Assembly: GCA_964016885.1 (NCBI GenBank)
Contig: OZ024741.1
Coordinates: 322,586,001 to 322,650,000, forward strand
DNA length: 64,000 bases
Direction: 5' to 3'
Origin: Eledone cirrhosa
Taxonomy: Eukaryota
A model generated the notes under the pieces. The model was not told where the DNA came from. It saw nothing but the letters and a program-made list of their open reading frames with translations, and ran no database searches. The position numbers were made by a program, and so were the translations under genes. Below, one piece after another: positions 27,188-40,676 of this stretch (its first letter is position 1; the number at the start of each line of letters is the position of its first letter).

Positions 27188-27793
27188 TGTATTTTATGTA
27201 TGAGTATATGTTTTACTTGTTTATTTCTTTTAATATATTTCTTTTTATTTCTAAATTTATAGATACATTTTTATAAATAAGCTGTGTCTGACACCCTCTG
27301 TAATTACTTACTCCCTTACCTATTTTTAGTTCTGCATCTAGATGTAAGTGTATGTAGCCGTGTTTATGTGTGCGCCTCAATATCCATATAGTTATAATAA
27401 TAATATATACGTATGCGTGTGTGTGTGTGTGTATATGTGTGTGTTCGTGGGTATGTGTATGTTTATGTGTATATGCGCGTGTGTGTATGAATGTATGTAT
27501 ATGTGTGTATATATGAGTGTATATATGTATGTATATGTATGTGTATTTTGTCTGTGGATTATAAACATACAGAGACATTAGCCCTGAATTTTTGTATTTA
27601 CATACATTTTTTCGACATGCGTATGCATGTGAACATACATTTTTATGCATATCTGTGAACGAAGTTACTTACATATATACACACACCTAACTGTATTTTC
27701 TTGATATATTTTTATGTATTTCATTGGTCTATTTAAAATCTGTTCCCAAACAGACCTGTAATTTTGAATTGTTGTTATTATCAATAAATATAC

Positions 27794-27946
27794 TTCATTA
27801 TTTCTGAAGACGGCATATGTATGTGTTGGTATGTATATTATATTTGATAGTTTATATAATTTTGTATAATTTTGTACATAGATCTTTTGAATATGCATGC
27901 CAATTCTAACACATATATGTCCTAGAAACGATCGTTAAATAATGAA
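27794..27946 (+). ncRNA. Hammerhead ribozyme with ~114-nt stem II region
   Basis: TTCATTATTT-CTGAAGA(27804-27810)...GAAA(27925-27928)-CGATCG-TT-AAATAATGAA; 10-bp stem I and palindromic stem III. Confidence 0.75.
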
Positions 27947-28061
27947 CTTTTTTTGTTTAATATAAGGAACTGTTTCATTGTTTTATTCATTATTTTTTTA
28001 ATATTTTATATATATATATATATATTTATATAAATATATAAATATGTGTGTGTGTATATTG

Positions 28062-28128
<67 letters not shown>

Positions 28129-28247
28129 GGATTCATAATCTCCAGCTCCTTAATGTTCTCTACCAGATTGTTCGTCTTACTCTCATCCATTCTCAGCTCC
28201 ACCTCCTGCATCAACCCCTCTGCCCCCTTCACTGTATTTGTCACCAG

Positions 28248-28284
<37 letters not shown>

Positions 28285-28293
<9 letters not shown>

Positions 28294-28970
28294 GAAAAGT
28301 ATAGAAATTATTGTAGCAAGAAGCCAACAGTATTCCATAATATATAAGTGACTATAGCGTAAAAATGGAAAAATAATTAACGTAAGATGTGGGAAAATAA
28401 TTCAAATTCAATTCAAAAAGAATCAGGATATTGATTCATCCACAGAGTTTGGTGAAATCCAGGGAAAAATCAATAGAGCCTTAACTCAGAATAAAATAAA
28501 GTCTAAAATACTCATCCTTCAATTTGGAAAAACTACAATGCTCTGTATAGTCTAAAAGACTATTTCACGCAACTTTCAGTGGGGATGGTCACGGTTGGAA
28601 TCGATCATCAGCAGAGCTCAAAGACACGATAACCAAAGGTCCACTGTTTATAATATGCCAAAAAGGGAATTTAAAAGCAGCTAGTTCAACATCATGCGTA
28701 ATTATGAAGAAAAACGCACATGTAGAGACAGGGCTGGTGACGTCAGAATAAGACGAATGTCTGTTTACATGAAACAACAGTCAAAAACATTCCGAAAAAA
28801 ACTCTACAATATAAGGAGTTCAGCAAAAGCAATATTATCGCGGTTTTTTTTTTAAAAAGACCAGGATTAGTCACAAATAAATTTTAAGCACTCTCGGAAA
28901 CAAATCCAAGTATAAATATAAATGAAAAGTATAGAAATTATTGTAGCAAGAAGCCAACAGTATTCCATAT
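28285..28970 (-). mobile_element. PLE 3' end with ~55-bp direct terminal repeat
   Basis: ATAAATGAAAAGTATAGAAATTATTGTAGCAAGAAGCCAACAGTATTCCATA at ~28288 and ~28918; internal hammerhead; adjacent (TA)n. Confidence 0.65.
28540..28617 (-). ncRNA. Type I hammerhead ribozyme with full stem III
   Basis: GCTCTG-CTGATGA-[38 nt]-GAAA-TAGTC tttta GACTA-TA-CAGAGC. Confidence 0.78.
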
Positions 28971-29308
28971 ATATGGTTATATCTAATAGCCAGAAAAAGT
29001 AATAAAATACACTCACTGTTTGGTTCGGATTGGTTTTCGCTCCCGCCGAGAATTATAGAAGCTGCATTCTTATAGACTGTAATTCTATAGGAATCCAGCT
29101 TCTATAGCCCTCGGCAGAAGCGAAGGGGTATATAGTATTAACAACCACTTACAAGTGAAAAACGGTACTACCGTCAATTACTCCGCTTTGCTTTTACCGA
29201 GACTTAGTATGTGACGTAGTCACTACTTTAAAATTCATAGCGAATGGTCTTCAAAATGTTTTAAAATAAACATACACTATATTATGAATATACCATACGT
29301 ACAGTACA

Positions 29309-29406
<98 letters not shown>

Positions 29407-29410
29407 AATA

Positions 29411-29473
<63 letters not shown>

Positions 29474-29476
29474 GTG

Positions 29477-29519
<43 letters not shown>

Positions 29520-29541
29520 ATATAAATTATATATATATACA

Positions 29542-29722
29542 TATATTTGAAAAAAAGGAAAAGAATGACTTCACTTGTAGTGTTAAAAATCTTTTTGGAT
29601 TTAATTTTATATTATAATATAAAATTAAATCCAAAATATTTTTAACACTACAAGTGAAGTCATTCTTTTCCTTTTTTTCAAATATACCTAACTGTACCAA
29701 GGATCTCACACATTTTCCAATA
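29542..29722 (+). mobile_element. Fold-back element in (TA)n (probable PLE pseudo-LTR)
   Basis: ~72-bp inverted arms plus tail CCTAACTGTACCAAGGATCTCACACATTTTCCAAT shared with 31298-31680. Confidence 0.65.
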
Positions 29723-30090
29723 TATACACACATATATATATATTAATAAAAGGAATTCAAACTTTGTCTGATTTACTTCTACTATGACTACGCCTACGAC
29801 CATGCCGGCTACCACCACTAAAAACAACAACAACAACAATAATAATAATAAAAGTGATGTTGATGTTGATGATTACTGAAGATTTTTTTTATAAAAACCC
29901 TAGAAAATGCTATTTTCATCATTTCTAAAAATAGAAAAAACAATTGATGCTTTGGATAGGGTCAAATAGAAGTCGTTAGACATGCTCAACCAACCGTGAT
30001 GCCTAAACCAATCAGCTTGTGAAACCACACACTGATTGGTTGAAATACAGTTTGCAAAACTTAGCATTCTGTAGCCCCTTTTTATTGCAT

Positions 30091-31019
30091 TTTAGCAGTG
30101 GCACCCGGCGTTGCACGGGATAAGGTATTTTGGAACGCGGGCCGCCAACAGACCTAATCGTGGAAAAACTGTATTCCTGGACAATATGTAAAGAAAATAA
30201 ACCGAATACTCTGATGGCTGGATAATCTTTAAGATTTTCCTCGATGAAGCAGGAAAAATGCAGGTTTTTACCTATTGCGGGCCTTAGAGGATCAAGAAAA
30301 TGAATTTTTTTAATGTGTATAATATACTTTGAAATTTCGGGAAAATCGGCTAGACGTAACGCCTCCAAAAAGCCCTAAAACGCTGAAAAAATGGATTTTT
30401 TTCACCTAATGCGGGCCCTAGGCCATAAAAAAGTTGGATTTTCTTTGCTCACAGTATGAAGAAGAGACTGACTAATAGATAGTTACAATTTCAATGAAAT
30501 CGGTCTGATGTAACGCCTAAAAAAAGCCCTAAAAAGCTTAAGAAACACAGTTTTTCACCTAATGCGGGCCCTAGGAGATCAAAATGTTGAATTTCTATGC
30601 GCATAACACTCCCTGAAACATAAGTAATACACATGTAAAATTTGAAAAAAATCGGTTGGGTACTTCTCGAGTTTTAGGGTTTCAAACTCACAGAAACACA
30701 CACACACACAGACATCCTCAGGGAAGTGACGTAATGCAGTCAGTCAGACATACAGACAGATATTATAAGGGTGCGACGTTATATGTATGTATCTATCTAA
30801 AAAGAGAAAGACTAAGAATTATAGAGAGAGATCGCTAAATCGCCTAATGCGGTCCCTAGGGTATGGAAAATTTGAAATTCTTTTTGCTCAGAACACTCCC
30901 TGAAACATAAGTATTACATGTGTAAAGTTTGAAAACAGTCGGTAGGGTGGTTCTCGAGTTTTAGGGATTCAAACTCACACACACACACAGACAGACATCC
31001 TCAGTTTTATATATATAAG
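30091..31019 (-). mobile_element. Non-autonomous Helitron-like element
   Basis: Plus strand starts TTAGCAGTGGCACCCGGCGTTGCACGGG (3' hairpin + CTRR on minus), has internal tandem duplications and (CA)n/(GACA)n, and ends CAGTTTTATATATATAAG. Confidence 0.65.
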
Positions 31020-31081
31020 GCACAGTTTTTAGCCATCTCATTACAGTTGAAAATTGCCAACTTGACTGTCACCACTGAATA

Positions 31082-31120
31082 TGAACCTGAAGATTGCGAA
31101 AGCATGAAAGTACTTGTTCA
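31082..31120 (+). ncRNA. Minimal type I hammerhead ribozyme
   Basis: TGAAC-CTGAAGA-tTGCgaaaGCAt-GAAA-GTAC-TT-GTTCA. Confidence 0.72.
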
Positions 31121-31268
31121 ATTAACATTTAACATTTAATATTCTATCATACTATTTCATTATAATATCATTATAATTTTAAAGGATTGTAAATAAAACG
31201 AGTAAATCAAAAAAAAAGTTGGAATTCCTTTTATTAATATAATCTTCTATACATAATCATACACACCC

Positions 31269-31297
<29 letters not shown>

Positions 31298-31305
<8 letters not shown>

Positions 31306-31680
31306 GATAGGGGGAAAGAAAAAATGGCTTCACTTGTGCTTTCAACAAATTTATTTTCTTCACAAAATCCAAAAAGAATTTTTCTTAAAAAAAATTATTT
31401 TATAAATTAAGTTGTTGGTTGTTGGTTAGGTCTTAGGAGTTCTTGGTTAACGTAGGAGGTATTGTTTCGTTTTAAGAAAGACCTTTCACGCTGAGGTGCG
31501 CTTGTCAAAAGACCTAACCAACAACCAACAACTTAATTTATAAAATAATTTTTTTTAAGAAAAATTCTTTTTGGATTTTGTGAAGAAAATAAATTTGTTG
31601 AAAGCACAAGTGAAGCCATTTTTTCTTTCCCCCTATCTTAATATACCTAACTGTACCAAGGATTACACACATTTTCCAAT
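31298..31680 (+). mobile_element. Fold-back element in (TA)n, related to 29542-29722
   Basis: ~137-bp inverted arms 31298-31434/31509-31645 plus shared tail. Confidence 0.7.
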
Positions 31681-31722
31681 ATATATATATATATATACAT
31701 ACATATATTTATACGCACATAT

Positions 31723-31860
<138 letters not shown>

Positions 31861-31924
31861 GTGTATGGGGGTGGGTGCATGTGTGTGTGTGTGTGCATCT
31901 CTATCTGTCTATCTATGCGATATC

Positions 31925-31951
31925 CGCCCTGGTGGCAAATAAAAAGAAAGT
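31925..31951 (+). mobile_element. 27-bp Tx1 3'-end stub with 15-bp TSD
   Basis: GTGGCAAATAAAAAGAA (compare 9831 and 45849) flanked by TATCTATGCGATATC at 31910-31924 and 31952-31966. Confidence 0.75.
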
Positions 31952-32090
31952 TATCTATGCGATATCAGCCCACACGCTATTAAATCCACGGATATGTCTT
32001 AAAAGGCAATTATCAAGCAATCGTCATCCAATATGGTAGCCAAACCTATGTTGTAACACATCGAGAGATATGCTGAATAGAATGGAACTG

Positions 32091-32188
<98 letters not shown>

Positions 32189-32429
32189 GTATGTAAATGT
32201 GCGCATGAGTTTGTATGTTTGTATATGCGTATAGAAGATTGCGCGCCATTGTCTGTAAGTGTGTGTATCTATACATATATATATATATATGTATGTGCGT
32301 ATACATGTGTGTGTGTACTTATGTATGTATGCATGCATGTATTTATGTATGTATATATGTATATATATGTACGTGTGTATGTATATATGTGTATGTATGC
32401 ATGTGTGTCTAAATCCTTTTAACTCAACT

Positions 32430-33150
32430 AGAATTATGAATCTTTCCTTTCACTATTCCGATACAGGGGCCTGTTCGAAAAATATATTGCAATCTCCATC
32501 CAACGCTTCAAGAATTGGCAATGGACCGGCAACTGTCCTGGGAGGCGTTGGATGGAAACACAAAGGTCACGTATCCCGTGACCACAGAGAAGGCGCGGAA
32601 CAAAGCAAATCTTGACAACTGATAACTGGAACATTACAACCATTACTAGTAAGGAGCAGGGTGTAGTGAAGAGCCCAAGTGCCATTGGTTAGAAATGTGA
32701 ATTTTCCGCAACAAATTTCCATGATACTGTAGATTTGAATGGAAGATGGAAACTCCAATATTCAGCTGTGGTGCAGCAATAGACTCCAAGGCGGCAGTGG
32801 GGATACTCGCATGCTCCTAGCTGCCATAATGTGTTATAAACTGGATCCTCCCGTTGGGAGAGAGAGTTTGCCTCTTGAAACTTAGGATGAAAGCAAGAGC
32901 TCTGTGCTAGTTTATGCACCAAACAGAGAAGCCGAATACAGATCCTTCCTTAATGCGACCACTGTAGCGCTGGATGGAGTTAAGACTGAGTCATATATCC
33001 TAATGGAAAACGTCAATGCATATATTGGCACTGACGACTTGACGTAGAAATGAGAGACTGGAAGGAACAACGATCTTAATCTAAACAGGGATGGACTTTA
33101 GTTTTATTAATGAGCTCTATGTTATGAGCACCTTCCAGCATAAATACATC
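32430..33150 (+). pseudogene. Decayed RTE (Expander-like) 5' region / APE endonuclease
   Basis: WNIT motif, VYAPN-like and NVNAYIG-like remnants; 32535-32610 matches in reverse 3332-3405 and 59203-59277. Confidence 0.6.
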
Positions 33151-33227
33151 CATGCAATATATTTTTCGAACAGACACCTGAGTAGAAATACTGAAAGGAA
33201 AAATTCATAATTTTAGTCGAGTTCAAT

Positions 33228-33560
33228 TGTTCTGACACAGTTGCAGCAGTTCCTGCTTACGTGAACTCGCATGTTATATACCAATGAATTCATCAACCTC
33301 TCTCCTATCCAGTAAATGATGATTTTTCACGCAATGCAGACAACAAATTCTTCCCAACTAATGTTACCGGCTAGATCAACAATTGTCTATGGGGAATTTA
33401 ATCGAGTTCTACCGTTGGATTAAAATCAGTTGTGAAAAATTTGTTATGTCTGCATTTGGCGAAAAATCATCGTTTGCTGGAGAGGACAGGGGTTGATGAA
33501 TTCATTGGTATAACATGCGAGTTCTCATGAGCAGGAGCTGCTGCAACTGGGTCAGAACGA
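33228..33560. mobile_element. MITE with ~120-bp imperfect TIRs
   Basis: GTTCTGACACAGTTGCAGCAG..GAACTCGCATGTTAT..CCAATGAATTCATCAACC mirrored at 33437-33558. Confidence 0.7.
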
Positions 33561-34230
33561 AACGGTTGGCTTTGGTATAGATATGTATTGTTCTAATGTC
33601 TATCTGTTTTCTTGTGAAGGCGTTCGGATTGGTGGTTTGGGTGTTCGTCTCACGAATTTAACGACATGGATTCGATTGCCAGCGGCATATTGTAACCTTG
33701 AACAAGTCACTATATATCATATGGCTCCACTCTACTCAGTTAGTAAAACAGTGTTGTATCTGACATTCAAAGGCCATCCTTGTCACGCTAGATTTTCCTG
33801 AGATTTGCGTTAATGGCACGCGTATCTATGGAATGCTCAGGCACTTACATGTTAATTTTCTGAGCAGACTATTCTGTTGAACAAAACAACTGGAACACTG
33901 TTCGTCGAAATCGACGAAGGTAAATTCCATTACTGCTTGTCTTATTTCCAAATCCGTTAGTTATATTTAGTTAATCCACGTCTAGTTTGATAAAATAAAT
34001 CAGTAATTCTGCTGAGTCAGTTATATTTAGCAGTCAACGTTTCTACGTTCTTTACAATAAAAGTGCATTCTTTCTTTCACCTAAAAATTACTTTTTCGAT
34101 GGGGGTGGTGATGGTGAAGGTGATGGTGGTGTGGCCATGTTGTTGCTGTTGGTGTGGTGGTGGAGATGCTGCGTGATGTATGTGTGTATGTACACCCCCA
34201 CCCCCACACCCCTATACATATATTACACAT

Positions 34231-34342
34231 ATTTGTTTCTACTTTAGGCACAAGGCCAGCAATTATCCAGTGCATTACTGGTACTTTATTTTATCGACCC
34301 CGTAAGGATGAAAGGCAAAGTCAACCTCGGCGGGATTTGAAC
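34231..34342 (-). mobile_element. SINE 3' half
   Basis: Family consensus sequence. Confidence 0.85.
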
Positions 34343-34349
34343 TACACAT

Positions 34350-34395
<46 letters not shown>

Positions 34396-34512
34396 CCGGC
34401 GTTGCTCGGGATTTGCTCTAGGGTTCTTATATATTTGATATATATCGAGCTTCGTGAAATAAATACGTTTGTTTATATTTTGTTATTGTGTATGCAAAAA
34501 TATCTGTACACG

Positions 34513-35763
<1,251 letters not shown>

Positions 35764-36371
35764 CTTAGGACTATTTTTATCGTATGTAACCCATGTGCAA
35801 AAAACCACGCAGTATTCTTCTTTCTTCTCATGTTTTTTTATATATATTTACCTCGGCTGCGTCTGTCTGTTTCTCTCTTACTGCTTCCCCGCTCTCTCTG
35901 TTTCTCTCACCTTCTTTCGCCTCCTCTGTCAGTTACACTTCCTCTCGACTGACCGCTTCCTCGCACTTCCACTCACCCACTCTCTGTTTCTCCCCTTCTC
36001 ACTTCCTCCCGTTTAGCTAACAGTGGGCCTCTCTTCTTGCTTACATCTCACTCCGGTCGGACGTCTATACTTATCCACCCAGCTTATGCTGACCAGGACT
36101 ACCATGTTGCTTGTTTATATCCTTTCTTTGGTTTGTTTTTATCCTTCTATGTTGTTCACTTGTCCCCCTCGCTTTACGCGATTACTGGTCCCAATAACTT
36201 TTTTTAGATTATTGCTCGCACCAACCTGAGGTATCTGATTTTTAATGCGATGAAATACCAATGATGGTTGGAAAATCACTGACGAAGGACTATTTTTATC
36301 ATATGTAACCCATGTGCAAACCACCCAGTATTCTTCTTTCTTCTCATGTTTTTTGTATATATATATATATA

Positions 36372-36562
36372 TATAAATTAATAAAAACAATGAAATAAAA
36401 ACAAAGAACAAGTTCCTTATATAAAAAATTCATCATTTTACGCTCGTTTCTGGGATGTATGTGTGTTGGTATGTATATCATGTTTAAGATCTATGTAAAA
36501 ATATTACAAATTAACAGAGAAAATATACATACTTTCACATATACGTGCCGTCCTCGGAAATC
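36372..36562 (-). mobile_element. Pseudo-LTR fragment related to Naiad PLE A, with variant hammerhead
   Basis: Similar to 20945-21135; minus strand reads ATTT-CCGAGGA-[long]-GAAA-CGAGCG-TA-AAATGATGAA. Confidence 0.7.
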
Positions 36563-36567
36563 TGTAT

Positions 36568-36720
36568 ATAACGAAGGAAGTGTGGTAAGGAACCAGGTGG
36601 ACCCTAACGCACCAGAGTACTCGATACTTAGGGCAGTAGAGTGGGTAATAGGAAAACTGTTCAGACCTAGCTGTCGAAACGGCCGGAGCTCAGCCGTTGG
36701 GGTCCTGACTCTTTTCCTAT
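36568..36720. mobile_element. Inverted pseudo-LTR remnant related to 2169-2360
   Basis: 36571-36655 is the reverse complement of the tail at 2272-2359, followed by GTCGAAACGGC..GCCGTT. Confidence 0.7.
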
Positions 36721-37307
36721 GTATATGTATATATATATATACATACATACATAGGATCTTTATGACAGGTACAACAATTGATGTTAGCGAAGTATGCCAT
36801 CTCCGTTCCGGATCTTCAAAACATTTCTTAGTAGGTTAAGTTGTTTTTTCGTTAAAACTCCTGCGTGCTGATTTTCGATTGCATGGTTTGGGTCGCTTCT
36901 GTCCTTGCTAAAGTAAGGGATACAAACTGATTTTTTTTTTTTTTGTCGCTTGTGTGTAAAACAATTTTTAAAATCTGTGATAAGGAGCATAACACTACTT
37001 TCCTTTTGTGTTGAAAAAAGATTTATTATATTGTGAGTTCAAACCTGGTTTGAAAATTCTGGTAAACATTTTCTCTTTGTTAATTCGACCTCTTTCTGTG
37101 ATTTCATAATTACATTGGTACAAGGGGATATCAAAGTTTGGTAGCGTTTCTACATGTTTGGTTAGAGGGATCTTCTTAATATACGGGGTTCTGATTTGCT
37201 GCCTATGGATTTGTCATTCTTTGTCTGAGGGTCAGCCCCATCTGTTCTACATAATGTTCGTGGAAACCTCGGCAGGTTAAGACATACATTAATTTTTCCG
37301 AGTTAAC

Positions 37308-39565
37308 TTGGAGTTACTGCAGGTTCACCCGGCAGAGCACTCGACGTTTAGGTTCACTTCTCTGATGAAGTGTAGAGCTATACAGAGTGTAATATATTGA
37401 AAGCATAACGGTGTGATGTCACAGCCGGCAATAAAGAGTACTCATATATAGGTGCGACATCCACTACGTTTAAGGAGCGTTGGTATACCCATAGAAGCTC
37501 CTTTAAACATAGGCTGAAACGATCCCAAACCAGACTGGCCGATTTGATCTGGGACCTCAAGGAGAGGAACATTGAATCCCAGATATCCTGGTCAGTGAAA
37601 AGACGCGTGGCACAACTCCCCAGTGACAGAAACCACTGCAGGTTATGCCTGGCTGAGGCGGCAGAAATAATTAAATTAAAATCTGCCATAAACTATAGGT
37701 CGGACATAATTGTCAATTGCAGACACACCAGGCTGAACACATTTTCCGCACAAACATTCGGGGGAGGGCCGCACACTAACCATGACCCAGCATAATAATA
37801 ACCACCTCTGCCCCGTCTCACCATCGCCCATCAGTGAATTTATTTTATTGTTTTGCATGTAACCATTTGTAAGCCCGTATTTTGTATATCATGCCGCATA
37901 CATCACCCCCACCAAAAATCACATCACCATACACCCCTCATCCTTACAACATTGGGTTCTATCTGTCCACTCTGTTAGGTTTTACCTTGCAAACCATAAT
38001 AACATCTGATCCTGTAAATACAATGTCGATCATATTACACCATCGCCACCACCACCACAGCACACATCGTCATATGTCTACCATCCACACCCGCAACCTT
38101 ACTCCCCCATGTTCCCTCTGTCTACTCTAACCTACAACCCCACGCAAAATTCGATCCTGTAAATGTACTATCGCACACACCACCACCGCCACCGCCACCA
38201 CTAGATACATCCACATACTTCAACAATCATTAACATCATTAACATCATTAACACATATCATCCCTCGCTCCCAGATCGACTGTGTTATATCCGCCCTCCG
38301 GCTGCCTTACCCAGTAACCCACCGTAACACCTGATCATGTAATCATTTTGTTGAACATATCACACCAGCACCACCAACACCACCATGACCACAACACACA
38401 TCGCTATACGTCTATAAACCTTTTGTTCCCCCACGTTCCCTGTCACCTTTTAACCTGTAACCCATCGTATTATTCGATCCTGTATATTTTTGTCACTCAC
38501 AACTCTACCACCACCGCCAACACATACCTTCCCTCTCGAACCAACGCAAGTGTGTGTGTCTGTGTGTAAGTATTTTTTTATATATATGTGCGTATACATA
38601 TATGTATATGTATGTATATATATATATATGTATATATATGTGTGTGTATATATGTATGTATGTATGTGTGTGTATGTGTATGTTTATGTATACGTGTGTG
38701 TACGTGTATGTGTGCATATCCGTATGTGTGTATGTGTGTATGTATGTCTATATGTACAACACCATCTCCATTGGCTCTCACCTTCCCTCTATCTTTGTTC
38801 TACGCCATCCCCACCGATGCTCCCCCACTCTCTCTATATATATCCACACGCGCGCATGCACATACATGTGTGTATATATGCATATGGATATATGAATGTA
38901 TGATCTATGTGGGCGCGTGTATGTGTGTGTATATAAGTGTGTGCGTATGTATATATATCAGTATATATGCACATGTATATATATATATATACAACGTATT
39001 TGTCAGACTAAGAGTGTCTAGGCATGTATCTCCCCATGGACCCGACACCACCAACACATCCACCACACCACCACAAACGCCACTACCATAAACAACAACA
39101 CCACAACCACACCCACACACGCCAACCCGTCTACCGACAACCCACTACCCCCACACCACAGCCCATCCCAGTCAGCGACCGTCACCACCATCTTATCATC
39201 ACACCCACCCCACATACACTACAGGCCAGTACATCCCTTTGATCCTTCCCACCAATCAAAACAACTCATATTGTCAAACTCTTGAACTTCTGTCTTAACC
39301 ACATAGCATGTATTTCATTTTCTTATAGCATTTTAAAGGGTCCGTCGAGCTGCCGATCATTGAGTCGGGTAGGATCGATACAGATCGAACTTTGAGCTGA
39401 TCAGTGGCGAAACGCGCGTCACCTACCAATAAATGTAGGAGTAACCAATCATCCTTGTTATCCTTTCAATATATTACACTCTGTATAGCTTTACACCTCA
39501 TCACAGAAGTGAACCTAAACATCGAGTGCCCTCCTGAGTGAACCTGCAGTAACTCCAAGGTTACA
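37308..39565 (+). mobile_element. Naiad-type PLE C: GIY-YIG domain, long 3'UTR, inverted pseudo-LTR
   Basis: From 37409: RCDV..YIGATSTTFKERWYTHRSSF..LADLIWDLK..CRLCLAE..INYRSDIIVNCRH; 37308-37403 is the imperfect reverse complement of 39463-39558; (TA)n follows. Confidence 0.85.
39338..39424 (+). ncRNA. Hammerhead-like motif with expanded stem II and variant core
   Basis: GGGT-CCGTCGA-GCTGCCGATCA..TGATCAGTGGC-GAAA-CGCGCG-TC-ACCT. Confidence 0.6.
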
Positions 39566-39639
39566 CCCCCTCGATATATATAAATATATATATATATAGA
39601 TATATATACAATATATATATATATGATATATATATATAT

Positions 39640-39714
<75 letters not shown>

Positions 39715-40676
39715 GTTTGGAGTCAGAAGGTCAGAACAGTGCAGGTATGGATATAGAATATAAATACAAATGCAAAAGATATTGCTGACAATTAGTCTGT
39801 TTACCTTAAATTTATTTGAATATCCTTCATTTTCGAGATAATATCTCTTCTTCAGAGGGAAGTAAAGGGGTTAATCCAGTGTTATACTTAGCTTGCCAAG
39901 TCATGCTGACAGGAAATAGTATAGAAATTCCATTCTATTTCTAATGTCAAAGAGTGAAGGTTAGGTGGATAAAGGGTTGTCTCCCTTTAAAAGGGTTTGG
40001 ACATGTATGTCTAAGTGTGTGTGGGGGGAGAATACGTGAAGGTGTAAGCATGCGTGTGTGCGTGTGTGTGTGTGCGTGCGTGTGTGTGTGAGTGTGAGAG
40101 GATATGTTTATATGTAAATGTGGGCATTCAGTTTCAGTACTTCCAGGAAATGTGTGGTCTGTGTCTCGGTCTCTTGCGTCGGTGCATTTGTTCCGGACAC
40201 GTGTTAGTTCGTTCCTTATATATCCGAACTTAGCGCTAACTGGGAGGGCTGATCTGAAATCCTAAACGGACGTTAGTCCGTTTAGTAATATTGTTGTGGT
40301 CGTGTTTTCGTTGGCAATCGTCTGTTTACGACAGTACAGCGCGGCTCTACTTTATTTAACTGAGATAAAACTTATATGAGCATGAACAGTACATCATTAC
40401 GCATCTTTTGGCTTAAAAATCTAGAAATTTGGTCCAGCGGGAAAAAGTTTATAATCAAAGTTTGCTGATAAATCTTGTGTTCAAGTCAGTGAGTAGTAAG
40501 CGTGACGCTAGGGGAGGTAATCCAGAAATGACGTAGCTTTGTCATTAAGCCAGTTGCCTCAACTAGATTGCAATTATACTCAAAAGAACTTTAAAATGTC
40601 AATCACTTGTCAGTAATTCACTATGATCATTTAATTATTAGATAGTTGTTGCTTGCATTGCCTTAAAAAATAGTAG

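Larger units (their letters stand above)
20812..28008 (-). mobile_element. Naiad-type PLE A: 5'-truncated, long microsatellite-rich 3'UTR, large inverted pseudo-LTR (26796-28008)
   Basis: 27183-28008 is the reverse complement of ~20928-21750, and 26796-27115 is the reverse complement of ~23495-23800; RT/GIY-YIG coding region lies between. Confidence 0.85.
29738..31240 (+). mobile_element. PLE remnant with short inverted terminus, interrupted by a Helitron
   Basis: 29738-29778 is approximately the reverse complement of 31201-31240; hammerhead at 31082-31120. Confidence 0.55.

Noticed and set aside
39822-39860. Hammerhead-like CTGAAGA-AGAGATATTATCTC-GAAA on the minus strand (similar weak motifs at ~7401 and ~36800)
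   Set aside because: Stem II and core are present but I found no valid NUH site or stem III; probably decayed, so not called
40100-40670. Possible Kolobok-like non-autonomous DNA transposon
   Set aside because: Only vague resemblance; no matching pair of termini found
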